DNA from: Nageia nagi
Lineage: Eukaryota > Plantae > Pinophyta
Assembly: GCA_050084985.1 (NCBI GenBank)
Contig: JBITNC010000002.1
Coordinates: 4,402,001-4,466,000, forward strand
DNA: 64,000 bases
Direction of reading: 5' to 3'
Part shown: piece by piece, positions 11,599-26,143 of the stretch
How positions within the stretch are numbered: position 1 is the stretch's first letter
Layout of the letters: the number at the start of each line of letters is the position of its first letter
The notes under the pieces: model-generated
The model's database searches: none
The model's input: the letters and a program-made list of their open reading frames with translations, nothing else
Told to the model about the DNA's origin: nothing
Translations under genes and position numbers: made by a program

Positions 11599-14500
11599 TT
11601 GAAATATGAACTATTACTTAGAGCATGATTTAAGTCACCTACATGTATATATTTAATCAATCATGGCAACCAATCTTAACCCAAACATTATGGAGAAAGT
11701 GCTAGTACCAAAATTGGAAACCCTAATATATGTAACAATTAGAATTAATGTCAACAAGAGTGGAGAAATAATTGTAGAGTGGGTTCTTCACTTCAAGGAA
11801 GCATGGCATGATGGATGATAATTAATGCAATCTCCATTCAAGCCTAACACATGGAGTTAAGCATGATGTGTGAGAATGTAACCACTTGTAATGCAAAACT
11901 ATTAGAAATTGTAATGTAATATTGTATAATATTTCTTTTTAATGTAAATTCACTTAATACTTAAAGTATGTTTAGATACATTAAAGCATTAAGAGAATAA
12001 ATATAGAAAGAGGAATAAATATAGAAACACCTTTAACCTTAACCTTGGGAAAACAAAGGTTAAAGGGTGGATTTTTTTTTATAAATAGAGAGGTACCCCT
12101 CTCATTATGTAACTTGATCAAGCATGATAATGCTTATCTTGTAAAATTGTAAGAATACTCTTATAAGAGTTTTATTAAGAATTTATAGGAAAGTTATCTT
12201 ATGAGAAGTAATAGAATGATGGTTCAAAATGGATATAGTCCCAAGAGATGGAGGAACCACTATACATGATGTGTTATATTTTGTATGGTTGATTATTGCT
12301 TTGCTAGAAGGACGAATGTTAGATTTGTTGAAGAAGCTTCAAAGTGATCTTGGTTTATGGAATCATTCAATTCCATCAAGTGGTATTAAAGCCATTCTTG
12401 TGACAATCTCTTCAAATTTCTACTTGGGATTTTAGTTAAGTTATTTTTTGATCATTTATGATATGGTTAAGATAACATGGTCACATAAGTATTTGTTTGA
12501 TGAAGTTGTCATCAAGGGAAAGAATTAAATTATAAAAATATTATGATATGATGACACCTTCATATACCTTAAAAAATACAAAATAATGATCTAAAATAAG
12601 CAAACACAAAAATAAAAAATCAATTTTCTTTAATAAAGATTGATGATATTTTTTATATCCTTGTTTGAGAATGCATTTATATCACTTGATTGATTATGCA
12701 TTTGATAGTGTTGTGCATGTATGATTTTGTTGATATCATGTTATGGTTGATACATTTTGTTTAATATACACATGTGATATATAGTTGATGATGTATGTCA
12801 TCTTTGATGTTGTGCATATATGATAACTTAGTATTTTTGATCAATTTATGGATGGAATCTATCTTATATGAGTGTATATGATGTGTCTAATTGATCTTAT
12901 TTATGAGCTTCTTATAGCTTGCAGGTTCTTCTTGAGATTGTTGGTTACTTCGGATATGCAGAATCATCATATCAACATGTTGAATGACTAATTTTGTTCA
13001 AAAAAATCATTTTTTGGTTAATGATTGTATTGTAAAACCATTTGTTAAAATAGTTAAGTAGTTGAGCCATTGTAGAACCATCTATATTCTATTACTTTCT
13101 TAAAAATGTAAAAAAATTTCAACTCCATTTGTATCTTTATGAAGGAGAACTCTCTCTTACTCTTTCTCTTTGTCTATTCAACTCTCTATCAAATATTACA
13201 TTAAGGGGGAGTGTTAAAAATTGTAATATGATATTGTGTAATATTTCTTTTTAATGTAAATTTATTTAATTCTTAAAGCATATTTAGATACCTTAAAGCA
13301 TTAAGAGAATAAATATAGAAACACCTTTAACCTTACCCTTGGGTAAAAGGAAGGTTATCTTATAAATAGAGAGGTACCCCTCTCATTATGTAACTTGATA
13401 AAGCATGGTAATGTTTATCTTGTAGAGTTGTAGGAATGCTCTTGTAAGAGCTTTGTTGAAAACTTGTAGGAGAGTTATCTTGTGAGAAGTAATACAATGA
13501 TGGTTCAAAGTAGAGTACAAGTTTCAAGGTGATCTTGGTTTATGGTATCATTCAATTCCATCAAGTATTATAAGAGCTTTCCTTATTATGGTATCTTCAA
13601 ATTTCTACTTAATGATTTTAAGGTTACCCTCCTCAAATTTAAGGTATATCTATCCCCTAATCTTGATTCAATTTTATCTAAAATTTCATTGGTTAATCAA
13701 TTTTAATTTCTTTTTTTTTTGAAGTTGAAAGTTGATATCTATACTAACATATTTTTTACCTTGAGGATAATGGGATCAAATTTAATGTAAAATTTTATTT
13801 TAATTACAGGTTAGGGTGGATGCAAGAAGTTGGGTCCACTTTAAGGCCAAAAAATAGAAGTTTTTTTCTTGATTTTCAATTTTGGGTATGATTGATATCA
13901 AAAATTGAAGCACTTAGACATGGAATCATGAAAAAGGTCATTAGGGTGAAAATGTAGTGCTTGGAGTCTAGTTTTTAAATATATAAATTTTTCTAATACC
14001 TAAATATTAGAATTTGAAATTCGATAGGATGAACAAAAATCACTTAAAAAACTATTTTTAGACCAGACCATGCACATGTTCGTCCACCATAATTTGACTA
14101 AAATCAAGGTTTTTTTTTTTAAATCCTTTTAGAAAAGATACCTAACACATTGGATATTATCTTGGATATTTTTTCATAATTTTTGAATCAATATTATATT
14201 TTTTATTAATTTTTTACTAGGCATGTTTGTGGTTTCAAAAAGTGCTCATGTCCGTCCACCATAATTTGATCTAAACTTAATCTTTTTTTAATTTTTTAAA
14301 TTATTATAGAGAATTATATGAAGCTTGACCCTATCTAATTTGTTTTTCATAACTCAAAAAAAAAAACTTATTGAGAAAATATGAGACCCTCATATTTCAA
14401 GCAAATGGACCACATCTACTAAAAACTAATTAAAAAATATAAAATCTTATCCAATTGTAAAACAAATTACATATTTGATATCTATAATCTTTAATCTATA

Positions 14501-15122
14501 ATGAATTTTAATTTCATGAAAAATTCTACCAAAAACTCTATCAAATGTATGCATGAAATTGAGATTTTCTATTAAACTTGCCATGAACATATACTTGTAG
14601 GTCCAAGGCTAAGTGTTGGTTCATCAAGCCAAGTTTTTGAGCTTAAGTTCGAGGTGAAATTGTAGATTCAAATATTGAGATCTTGATATTAATGAATTAA
14701 AATTGAGATCTTGATATTTGTACTTATGTTTGCTTTAAATATCAGGATCTCGATATTTATTGGGATCCTAAACCTAAATCGGGATCTCGATTTTAATAAA
14801 ATTAAAATTACGATCCTAATTTTTCCAACTTTGAGTTTTTACTTAGCTAACTTCTTGCTTTCACCCATTAGTAGTATTTGAAGTTAGATCTAACATATGG
14901 TATATGGTTAGAATCTAAGATCTTGAAAAAAATTAGTGCTTCTAATTTTTTTTACTAAGTTGCAAGCTTACAAAAATCTAATTTATATTATTTGTAATAA
15001 AAGTTATTTTTTAGCAAGAAAGTTAAAATATTATCTTAATATATTAACAAAGGTTACAAATTTTGTTTGTAACAAGTAAAGTTACAAAAGCTTGCAATTT
15101 TTTATATATAAAAAATTTGATG

Positions 15123-15243
<121 letters not shown>

Positions 15244-15380
15244 GTTACTAAAAAAAGAAATTTTTTTCTTTGTTTTTTTAATATTAAAAAATAGAATTTT
15301 ATTATTATTTAATTTTTTTTGTTTTTTGTTTTTATTGTTAAATAATAATAATTAAAAAAAGTTTTTTTTTCTTAATTACG

Positions 15381-15721
15381 CTTTCTTAATTTTAGTATCT
15401 TTAATATGAGCTCCTTTTATTCTTTTTTTTTTTAAAGGAGAATCTTCAATGAGTTAAAAAAAAAAAGGAAAGGTGGACTTTCTAATTTTTTAATGAGTTG
15501 CTTTTTTAATTTTGGCATCTTTAATATGAGTTTCTTTTATCTTTTTTTTTTAAAAAAAAAAGAATATTTAATGAGTTGAAAAAGGAAAGGTGGACTTTCT
15601 AATTTTTAATGAGTTGCTTTCTTAATCTTTAATATGAGCTCCTTTTTATTATTTAAAAAAAAATAAAAAAAGAATGTTTTAAACAAAAAGAAAAGGTGGA
15701 CTTTCTAAATTTTAATGAGTT
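15381..15721. repeat. Three tandem ~117-bp units
   Basis: TCTTTAATATGAG...AAAGGTGGACTTTCTAA...TAATGAGTT repeated, starting near 15381, 15501 and 15617. Confidence 0.85.
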
Positions 15722-16626
15722 AAATTTAAGTCCTAAATTTTTAAAGTATGGTGCAATTTTTAAATACAATTTTTTAAGTAAAGATTTAAATTGTTGATAA
15801 TTGCCTACTTTTAAGTATGAATTAAATTGTAACTTATATGCATATTTTTAAATAAGAATTTACTAAATTCTAACTTTAGTGCAAATTATTTTACAAAACT
15901 TTATTAATCATACATTTAAGGCCAAAAAAAGTATTGTTACTTAAATTTTGAAGTACATAGTTTAATGTTTTTGTCTTAATGTATGATTATTATTTTCCTA
16001 GAAGAATGAATGTTAGATTTGTTAGAGAAGCTTCATGGTGATCTTAGCTTATGGAATCCTTCAATTCTATAAAAAACTAGGGCTTACATTTGAGATTATT
16101 ACTACTAGTAATCATAAATATGATAATTAATGTCAGGTTGAATGTTTAAAGAGTAGTCATAGCTATTATAACTTGTTGTTGAAGATTTTGTGAGTTGTTG
16201 AAGGGAAGGGATTGTTGTTAGTGTGTTTTGTAGCTACCATAATGTAGATGAATATATCATAATAGAGTTGATGACTAATGGAAGTTGTAGAGTTTGAGTG
16301 TTTTCTTAAGTATATTACCATTAAGACTAACTACATCAGATTGGCAATGAAAGCAAAAGAATGGCTATGAACAATCACTGTATGTCATTAGTAGATAGCC
16401 ATGATGTGTATTTTATTGAGCTAGACCATTGAGTGTCGTTTATTAGAGTTAGCAAGTTTGCCAAAATCTTTATTTAAAGATCTACCAAGTTGGTTCTTAA
16501 GAAAATGGGTTGGTGCTCCTTGCAGTGGGTGCTATAAAATATGGAGTTGATGCTCCATTTGATGGATATTGGTAAACCTTTGTAAAGTGGGTGCTTTACT
16601 ATAGAGCTAGATTTGGACCATGATCA

Positions 16627-16875
16627 AAGAAACCTTTTGATAATGAGCCCAAAGATTATAACAATTATTTTGACAATGAGTGGTATTGTATATCCTCGGA
16701 GCACTACAAAATGTTCTTCAAAATTCTCTACAAATTCTAAGACCAACTTCTCATGAAGTCCTTGGAATTTTTAAAAACTTTCTAAAAGATGAAATTTTTG
16801 AAAAATTCTAACCAACTGTTGATCTTTTCTTAATTCCACTATATTTTTTGGCTCTTGCTTCTTTTTAACTCTCAT
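16627..16875 (-). pseudogene. N-terminal part of the post-pol accessory (env-like position) ORF, truncated
   Basis: MRVKKKQEPKNIVELRKDQQLVRIFQKFHLLESF*KFQGLHEKLVLEFVENFEEHFVVLRGYTIPLIVKIIVIIFGLIIKRFL; aligns ungapped with the ORF at 50750. Confidence 0.7.
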
Positions 16876-17339
16876 TTCTTCTTTTCTATTTTTCTTTGAA
16901 ATTTGCTCTATCTATAATTCCAAATTACTATCCACAAACCTTTTTTTGGCAAGTGTTAAATTGTAATGATCATTAAAACTACCGTAATCCTATCTTTTCA
17001 TCCACTTAGGAAATTTAATATTAGTTATAATAATCATGTGCAAAATCTAGAATCCATTGAGTTCTTTCCACTTGTCTTACTCATATGATGCACTTTTATC
17101 AATAATTAAATGTATTGGACTTGGAACACATGTAATTTGCTAAAATTATATTTAAGCATATACTAACTATTAATTTAAAACTAAGTACATACCTCTAACA
17201 TTAAATGCATCTATCACGTGTGGTAATTAAGATAGATTTGATATCATTTAATGTTAACTTGATAGGTGTATATTTTCATTCCCAAGATATCCGCTTCCAA
17301 ACCTTGCTTGAATGACATGGCTTATATGATGTGTCTGAC

Positions 17340-17640
17340 AAGTGCTTCTGAAGTATTGAATATTCTAAAGTTAAAGTGTTGAAACTCTAGTTTTGAATCT
17401 TTTGAAACTTGACAATTTTGAAGTTATAATTTAGAAGGTGCAACTTTGAAGCCATAGTTCTATAATAACAGTTCTAAAGAAATATTTTTTGAAGCCTTGG
17501 AACTTTATCAATTTTGAAGCAATAGTTATGAATTGATAATTCTAAAGTAATAATTATAAAGCTTTGAAACTTAATCAATTTTTAAGTGATAGTTCTAACG
17601 TAAAACTAAGAATGAGCTTTTTTGAAGTTCTTTAGAATAT
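17340..17640. repeat. Degenerate short-motif array (TTYYRAAG core, about 14-16-bp spacing) between integrase and the accessory ORF
   Basis: Repeated TTCTGAAG / TTTTGAAG / TTCTAAAG variants, consistent with deamination of an ancestral TTCCGAAG. Similar motifs cluster in the same element's LTR (about 24775-24910). Confidence 0.65.
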
Positions 17641-17739
17641 TCTATTAATCTTCAAAAATGGATTTTTTAATAATCAAACTATAGATCATAAATGCTATAA
17701 ATAAAGGTTTTCACTTGGATAAATGCTAGTTTCCTAGTT

Positions 17740-20700
17740 TTCATTTACTTGAATACCTCCATGACTAATTTCACCCATAATTTTTACTGATTCATTTTCT
17801 AGAATCAATTTTATTCTTATTGCAAAGTGTGGATTCAAGGTTATTTGGCATCTTCAATCAAACACATGTCTACTTTTTCCAACTACTTTGTGAATCTCTC
17901 TTTATTCATGGGCATAGTATAAGGCCAAAGTTAAAGTCCATTGACCAACATGACTCTTCTAGAGTTGTCAATTGGTTGAAGTTGAATATTACCATTATCA
18001 AAGACTTATATAATTTGGTACGATCCCAACCATCTAGTCTAAAGCTTTCCTAAGAAAGTATGATATTTAGAATCAAATAATAAAACCTAATTTCTTGGAG
18101 TAAATTGCATATGCTTCAATTGTTTATTATGCCATATTTTTTCTTTGTTGTTGAAGGATTTTTGTATTTTGCAATGCTTTTATCCTAAATTCATTCAACT
18201 ATAACATCATCTTGTGTTGAGCTTCAAACATATATAACCGAACTTCAATAGTTATATTCAAAGTTTGTATTTCAAATTCTATTAGTAAAAGAGGTTTCTT
18301 CCCATAAATTTATAAGGTGTAAACTCTCTAGTTGATTTCTATGTAACTTTATATGCCAAGATTGTTTCAAAAAGTTTGGTTGCTTAGTCTTTGTGAGATG
18401 CTATAGGCTTTGTTAGAATATTCTTCAATTCTCTGTTAGTCACCTCTACTTAGCTACTTTTCTAAGGATGATACAGGGAAGCTTTCTTATACTTTATATG
18501 ATAATGATTAATAAATTATTTAACTACATTGAACATAAATTATGGTTTTTGATATGACACTAAGAATCTGGTAGCTCTAAACTTCATCATAATATTATTG
18601 TACAAAAATTTTTCTACTTTTTATTCTTAGGTTTTGCAAGAGCACATACATCTACCTATTTTATAGTGTAATCTATACAAATAAGGATATGCTTCTTACC
18701 TTGAGATGAAGGGTTGATTGGTCCAATAAAATCAATCCCTCATTATTCAAAAATTTGAAAACAACTTATGGATGTAATGACATTTGTGTATTGGTCATGG
18801 CTTTTTCCATTCTTTAGCATTGGTCACATTAATATAAATATTTCTTCACATATTTATGTATTAAAGGCTAGTAATAACCAGTTCCTAAAGCTTTATGGAT
18901 TGTTCTCTTTTTTGAATAATGGCCTCCTATTGGTTCATCATGATAGGCCCTTAAGACATCAAAAACTTCATCTTTTCTAATACATATATGAAGAACATAA
19001 TTAGTTACACATTTAAATAATATTCCATCCACCCATTTGAATGTTGAGCTTTCTTTAATCAGATGTTTCTTCTATTTTGGAGAGAAGTGAATTGGTATCT
19101 TTCTTGTTGCTAAATAATTAGTTATGTCTGCAAATCATGGTGAATGCATAGAAATTACAAATAATCTTTCATCAAGAAAAGAATCTTGTACTTATTCATC
19201 ATTTCTATCTCTTATCAATCTAAATAAGAAGTCTACTACAACATTGGTGTTACCAAATTTACCAAATTTATCAACAATAGTTACATTAAATTCTTGTAAT
19301 AAAAGTAACCATCTTATGATTCTTCTACTTACAACTAATTTTATCATAAGCTATCTAATGGTTGCATGGTTTTTGTGAACAAAAACTTTATAACTAGTAA
19401 TGTAATGTCTAAATTTGTTGATAGCATGCACTACTACTAAAAATTTATTTTTTATAGTGTGTAATACTTTTCAACTCCCACCAAATTCCTATTGATATAT
19501 TAAATGGCATAGTGAGTCTTATTCTGATCTTCTTATCCCAATACTACTCCAATTGTATAATTTGATGTATTAACATGAATACAAAAAGATAGTTTTCAAT
19601 TGGGACCTCTCAACATAGGAGTAGTCATATGTTTTTATTTGATTGTCTAAAATGTTTCTTCACACTATCCATTCAAAATCATTATCCTTATGAAGTAATG
19701 AAAATAAGGGAGCTACAATCTTACTAAAATTTGAAATAAACCTTATGGAGTAACCAACATGCCCAAGGAGACTTCTCACATCTATTTGGTTTTCTAGAGT
19801 TGGAAACTATTTGATATTCTTAACCTTCTTTGGATTCACTTTAGTTCCTTTAGCTGAAATATGATGTCCTAATATAATGCCTTCTTACATGAGCATGAAA
19901 TTTTTTTCATAACTTAATGATAAATTGTATCTTTCGCACCTAACATACACTTTCTCCAAATTGTGAAGTGCTTCTACAAATGTGTTACCATACACTATAA
20001 AATCATCTATATACACTTCTATATAATCATTAGCTAAATCAACAAAAAATGGCTAATACAACTCTTTGAAAGTTGTAGGTGCATTGCATAAACTAAATGA
20101 TAAAACTTGATAAGCAAATATTCCTAAAGAACAAGTGAATGTAGTTTTTTATTGGTCTTCATTTGCAATTTGAATATGATTATAACCACTAAAATCATCA
20201 AGAAACGAGAAATATTTCTTACTAGAATGATTGTTTAATACTTGATCAATGAAGGGCAAGAGAAAATAATCCTTATGAGTGGCTTCATTCAAGCATTTGT
20301 AATCTACACATATTCTCCATTTTCCATTCTTATTAGGCACAACTACCAAAGGTGAGACCCACCTAATGTCTAAGATAGGATAAATAAATCATACTTTCAA
20401 CAATTTTTCTATTTCTTCTTGCACAATATCTATCAGAGCTAGATTTATTCTTCTAGTTGGTTTTCTAATAGGTTTGGAATCATCAATGTATATATGATGA
20501 GTACAAATGTCTATATGAATTCCATTCATTTCAAAATAATCTAATATGAATGCTGAAGTATTTGATTTCAAAATATCGAATGCTTATTCTTCTTCTACAA
20601 ATGTAAGCCAACTATTGATATTCAAAGTTTTACCTAGAAGTACTTCAATCTTCTTGACTCCTAGCTGGGTCAACTTTCTCTAATGTACTAAAGAATTGAG

Positions 20701-23100
20701 AGAATGATGACGAGGAAATAAAGAATGAAATACCTTTGTTATTTCTCTAAATGCCTCCCCTTTTATAATAATATGGGTAAGAGGGAATTTGAATAAAGAT
20801 AAAAATTTGGACTATTCTTGATTTAGTATGTTGAATATTTCATTTTGAAGATTTGATTGTGATAATTCTCCAACTTCTCTAACAATTTCTGAAGCTACAT
20901 TTTCTCTAGAAAATTCAATTATTTCTTCCAATTCTTATATATGCTCTTTAACAGTGATTGTAGAGAGAACTACAAAACTCTTTGGTTCAACAAACTTTGA
21001 TTCATCAATCCATAACTGCCCTTGATATTCAAATATAGGTTGAGAAGGAGGATACAAAGAAAATATTCTAAATTGTGCTCATTCTAAATGATCATATCTC
21101 TTGATCTGTAGTTGATAAATACAACTATTTTACCTAACCATGGTCTTCCTAAGATTACTAAATAACCATGGTGTACCTTTATTTTTAAGACTAAAATTCC
21201 TATTGGATAATTCCTAAGCATTTTCAATAATATCTTCAGGCTGAGCTATTGATTGATCTGCCATTTGTAAGACAATAGTAGTAGGATGCATATATGATAA
21301 TTTCAATTTTTTAAATATGAATATTGTCATAACATTTATAGTTGCCTCCAAATCAATCAAAATATTTTGGATTTTAGTGAACCCTATAAAAATTGTAATA
21401 ATTGGACTATCTAAATCACCATATTTGGGGTTAACTAGCTTATTTGAGAGTAGGTCTGCTAGTTTGCCATCTACCTGAATGGTCTTGGGATATGCTTTTT
21501 TTTCCTTTCTCCTTTTCTGATATAGAGTTCCTTAACCATTTTGTTTAGTTCAAGAACCTCCTTGATTGCTTATAACATTGGAGCTGAAATACTCAACCTT
21601 TTCATTTATTTAAGCAAATAATTCTTCCTCTTTAGATTTTTCTTTTAATCTCTTAGCATATGGTGATTCTTGAATCTATTTATGCATCTTGTTCTTTTCA
21701 TTCTTCTAAATACTCCTTTGTTTATTTTGATCATTATCTTGTAAGGATTATTTAGAATCATCATTAGGAAGTTCAATAATAATAGGTCAAGCAAGTTCTT
21801 TCAATTTCTTGCTAGATCTCAACTATATATCATGGCATTGAATAACATTAATTAATGTTGTATCTTTCTAATTCGTAGATACGAAAGGACATCATTTTTC
21901 CTATTATTATCTGGATTTTAAACTAATTGAGAAGGAAGGGTTGGTTTTTTATGTACTTATTATTGATTTTGAGCTGGTTGTTAAATTAGTCCTAGTAATA
22001 GAGCTTGTTGCTAATTATTTTGATTAAATCTGCTTTTTTGATTTTGATTCTAGTTAGAGTAATTAGACTTGTTCCATTTGGGTTGTTGCATATTATTCCA
22101 TTGTGATAATCCCCATTGTTAATTCTATGCAAATTGATACCAATCTTAATTTCATGGCCTCCATGGTGGAGAATAATGAACTGTAGGTTGTGGAAATGGG
22201 ATGTTCCACCAAGGTTGCATAACAAACTTATTCTAAAATCCAAAATTTATTCATGGATCAATAGCATTTGCACCTATCACCATATTTTATATAGACATTT
22301 GAGCTATAGTAAAATCACCACATTCATTAGTTACATGATTTTCATTGCATAAACTACAAATTTTAGTTTTATCAAGAGGATATTCATGCAATGCATGTTT
22401 CTTTCTACATTTTGGACAATAAATTGCTAAACATTCTTGAGATTCCTTTGCTTTTTTTGACGTGTTTGCTACTCCTTTTAGCTAACTTAGTTCAACAACA
22501 ATATCAGTTCTAAAATTTGCAAGTTCTTCTATCAATTCATTCACAACATTATCAATTTTTTTAAAAGTTTAGTCTTTTGAGCATAAGTCCTTGTTATAGA
22601 ATAGTTCTTGCATAGTTATATTATATCATCCAAATCTAACTTATTCACATTCCTTTTTCCCATTACATTAAGGAAATCTAATTAGGAATCTCATAATCCC
22701 CTTAAAAAGATAGTTTTTTGCAAATTATTGATTAATAGTAATACCACACCTCTTTTGAACAAATAGAAACTTGTCCAAGTAGTCCTCTAGAATTTCTTCT
22801 TCTCTTTGATCATGAACAACTCATCTTTCCTATCCTTCACTCTACAATACTCTTGATATTTATCTAGAAAAACTTTTTTCATAAATGCCTAATTAGTTAT
22901 GGAATCTAGAGCCAACCCCATGAACCATCTCATTTCATTATTCTTAAGAGTTGATGGAAATAATTTCAATTTTTGAGCATTAGTCTCATAATCAGAAGTT
23001 ATGCAAAGCACCTTAAAGTCAAATAGGAATTGATCTAGGTCTTCAATAGAAATACCTCTAGAGTTTGGTAAAATATATGGTGAAATATTTTTCATAGGTT
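17740..23100 (-). pseudogene. gag-pol polyprotein remnant (GAG-PR-RT-RH-INT)
   Basis: ORF fragments 22889-23095, 20389-20571 and 20149-20349, plus motifs read manually. Many stops and frameshifts. Confidence 0.9.
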
Positions 23101-25101
23101 AATAATTTCCTGGAGTGCCTTGATTCATTATAATTGGATAAGTAAAAGTTCTAGTGGTAGCTAGATTACCACCACCTAATCCTTTACTACTAACTATACT
23201 ACCTCCTAACATTTTGGCTAATGGATTAATAAAAGTATTTTTTAAATCTGAAGGAAAATGCCCTAAATTGTAATAGATATGAAATGGTATATTGGTTACC
23301 TCTCTCTCTACTTTAGAATTAGTTTTAGTTGAAGAAAAGTGTCTAGGAAAAAGTGAAGTTCTTTATGAAAATCATACTATCTTTTTGAAGGTCAATTTAG
23401 TAGGAATTATTTTTAAAACTTGTTCTTTTGGAGTACTAAAATTGCTAGTTTTTGGAATACTCTTAACATCTTTCTCAACTTCTTAAAAAGATTTCAAATT
23501 CAAAATATTTTTAGCAAATGATTCTTCCAAGTTTGTAGAACTAAGTATTTATGTAATTTGTCCAGTAACAACTTCTTCTATAATTTTATGCTATTGAGAG
23601 CTAGAACTTCACCCTAAATTAGATGTACTTTTCTTAGGGTTTTTAGTTTTGTTCTACCTCTACCTCTACTTCTATTATATCTACCCTTATTGATAAATCT
23701 CTCCATTTCATCTCTAGGTCTATTCATCCATTCTAAACAAATACCAAAAATTTTGAAAACTATACAATTTAAAAATATTTTCTGTAAAAACATAAGATAC
23801 ACTATTGCTCAAGACTAGTCAAAATTTTTGATGGAGTAAAGAATAGTTAATAGATCGAATTATCAAAGTAAGTTCACTTAAATAAGTTCATACTACTCAG
23901 ATAGGATCACCTTCATAAAACCTCTACTTCCTTAATATTGAGGAAACATGGCTATACATGAATTTTTAAATGACACTAACAACAATCTTATCTTGATATT
24001 TCTTGAGAATAGTCTCAACCAACACCATTTTTTCCTTGGTAATGACATAAAAAATGATTGGTGTCAATACATTATTTAATTTACCAAATCCAAGGTAGGT
24101 TTTCTAAGGCTATATGTAGTTGATACTCTATTCTAAACACTATGTTTAAATGGAAATAGTAAATTAATATTGAATTAAACTTAAGAAATCAACATACACA
24201 CTTATAATAAAATATTGAAATACATAACAAAAATGCTAAATTGAAATAAATCTTAGATAAGAGAATATTTTTGGTTAGAGTGGATCCTCCTCCTTCCAAC
24301 AGAGCTCAAAAACATGATTTTAGAATGTCTAAATAAAACAATTTTTATATTATCCTATCTACATACTAACATATAATTTTTAGAAACAAGAATAAGACTC
24401 AAAGTTCTAAAATAACAGTAGCTAGCATTCTTCTGACTGAAGAAGGCTTATTTATTTAAAATACACAAATTCATTAATCTTAATTAATTATATTCCTATA
24501 AGTCACATGTTTATTTGAAATAAAATTATACTCAATCTATGATTCTAAAGATACATATATAAAAAAGATCAATTTAACATCCAACTTATTAGCTATACTT
24601 AAGACTTGGTCTATCCTTGATGAGATCTTGATCTTATCCTTTCGTGTTCTCTATTGTTCACTTCTTTTTGGATTGTTGATTATCTTTCAAAATATTATTC
24701 TAAATTCCCTTACAATTTACTACTGAAATTATTTACTTGATTGCAAAGTAGTCAAAATATAGGTGGCATAACACTTTTGAATCTCATTTTGTTCTATTTT
24801 TGAAGCTCATTATTAAGATTCTAAAGTCTATCATTTTGGCATCAATTATGAAGTTAATCATCCTAGAGCTAACTTTGAAGTTGATCATTATGGAGCTACT
24901 TCTTAGCTTAATCCACTTAATGTTACTTGGTGTAAAATATAAACATTTATGCCCTCAAACATAACAATTAGCATTAATAACACTTAAACAACCAAGACAC
25001 AAATAAATATGCATTTAATTCTAAATATAATAGTTATATAGGTTAAAATATATAACATTCATTAAAGCTTGACAAAAAGGAGCTATTTTATTGCCTCATT
25101 A

Positions 25102-26143
25102 GCATTTTTTTATATAACAAAGAGGAAAATATGTCCAAGATTCTATAATAAATTAATGCTATAATAAATTAAGTTTAGGAAAAAAGCTACCTTTCTTGGG
25201 ATCTCTCTCAAATATCCTCAAGTGCCAATGAAGTATGTTGGAGGATTACATAGTTATTTAAAAATGATTACTATGTTATTTAATCTATCAAATATTGACC
25301 AAATGAGTGTGCAAGCTCAATACTTGGAAGAATATGGAAAATATAAGCAATATGGTGAGAACTCCAATAAGAATTACAATAAAAAGGATCATCAAGAGAA
25401 GGGGAAATCTTAAGATAGAGGCATGGGAAAGCATCAAGATAAGAAAACTAAAAACACTAGAAATAAAGTTGATGAGAAAATACATTCTTCACATTGTACA
25501 ATGATGGTCATGTTGGCAATAATTATTAGAAGATTAATATAGAACTATATCCATACATAAATAATAAGGATCAAGAAAAGAAGAATGTTATGGTAACCAA
25601 GAATGAGGATATTAAATAAAACATTGACATGCATGCACAAATAACTTGTGTATCCATTTAGAAGATTGATATCAATGTGAAAGAGTGTAATAAAGAGGAG
25701 AAGACATAACTCTTCCATGTAAATATTTAAGCCAAGACTAGAATTGATTCCATATTTGATCCATGGTCACAAGTCAACCTCATTGATGAAATATTTGTGA
25801 ACAAGTTGGGATTGAAGTCTTACAACCATCCTAATTTATATCCTTTTGTATGGAAGCACAATGATGCCAAGTTGTAAGTTATCAAACAATGCAAGTTAAA
25901 ATTATCTATTAATGAAAAATTCATTGGTGAAGTTGTTGTTGATGTTACACCTCTAGATATTTATGGTGTTGTGTTGGTTATCCATATTTATGGGATATAG
26001 ATGCCACTTTATTCAGAAGGAAGAACCATTATAGGCTGGTAAAAGATAGAAAATCCTATAATATTAATGCCTTTAGGAGTAAAAATAAAATACAATTATT
26101 TATAACTAGCCAAATGAAGAGACTAATCAATGCTATTAAAAAG
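25102..26143 (+). mobile_element. gag-protease fragment of a CRM-like Ty3/Gypsy element
   Basis: FRKKATFLGISLKYPQVPMKYVGGLHSYL...VQAQYLEE and EVVVDVTPLDIYGVVL. Homologous to the gag/PR of the 41623-47732 element. Confidence 0.8.

Larger units (their letters stand above)
16627..25101 (-). mobile_element. Athila-like Ty3/Gypsy retrotransposon, degenerate, 3' LTR missing
   Basis: 5' LTR about 24055-25101 and a decayed tRNA-Asp-type PBS at 24032-24050. Recognisable motifs: gag KNISPYILPN...QKLKLFPSTLK, protease ILIDLEATINVM, RT VVVPNKNGKWRICVDY and EVYIDDF, integrase GIDFIGPINP. An accessory ORF lies 3' of pol. Confidence 0.85.
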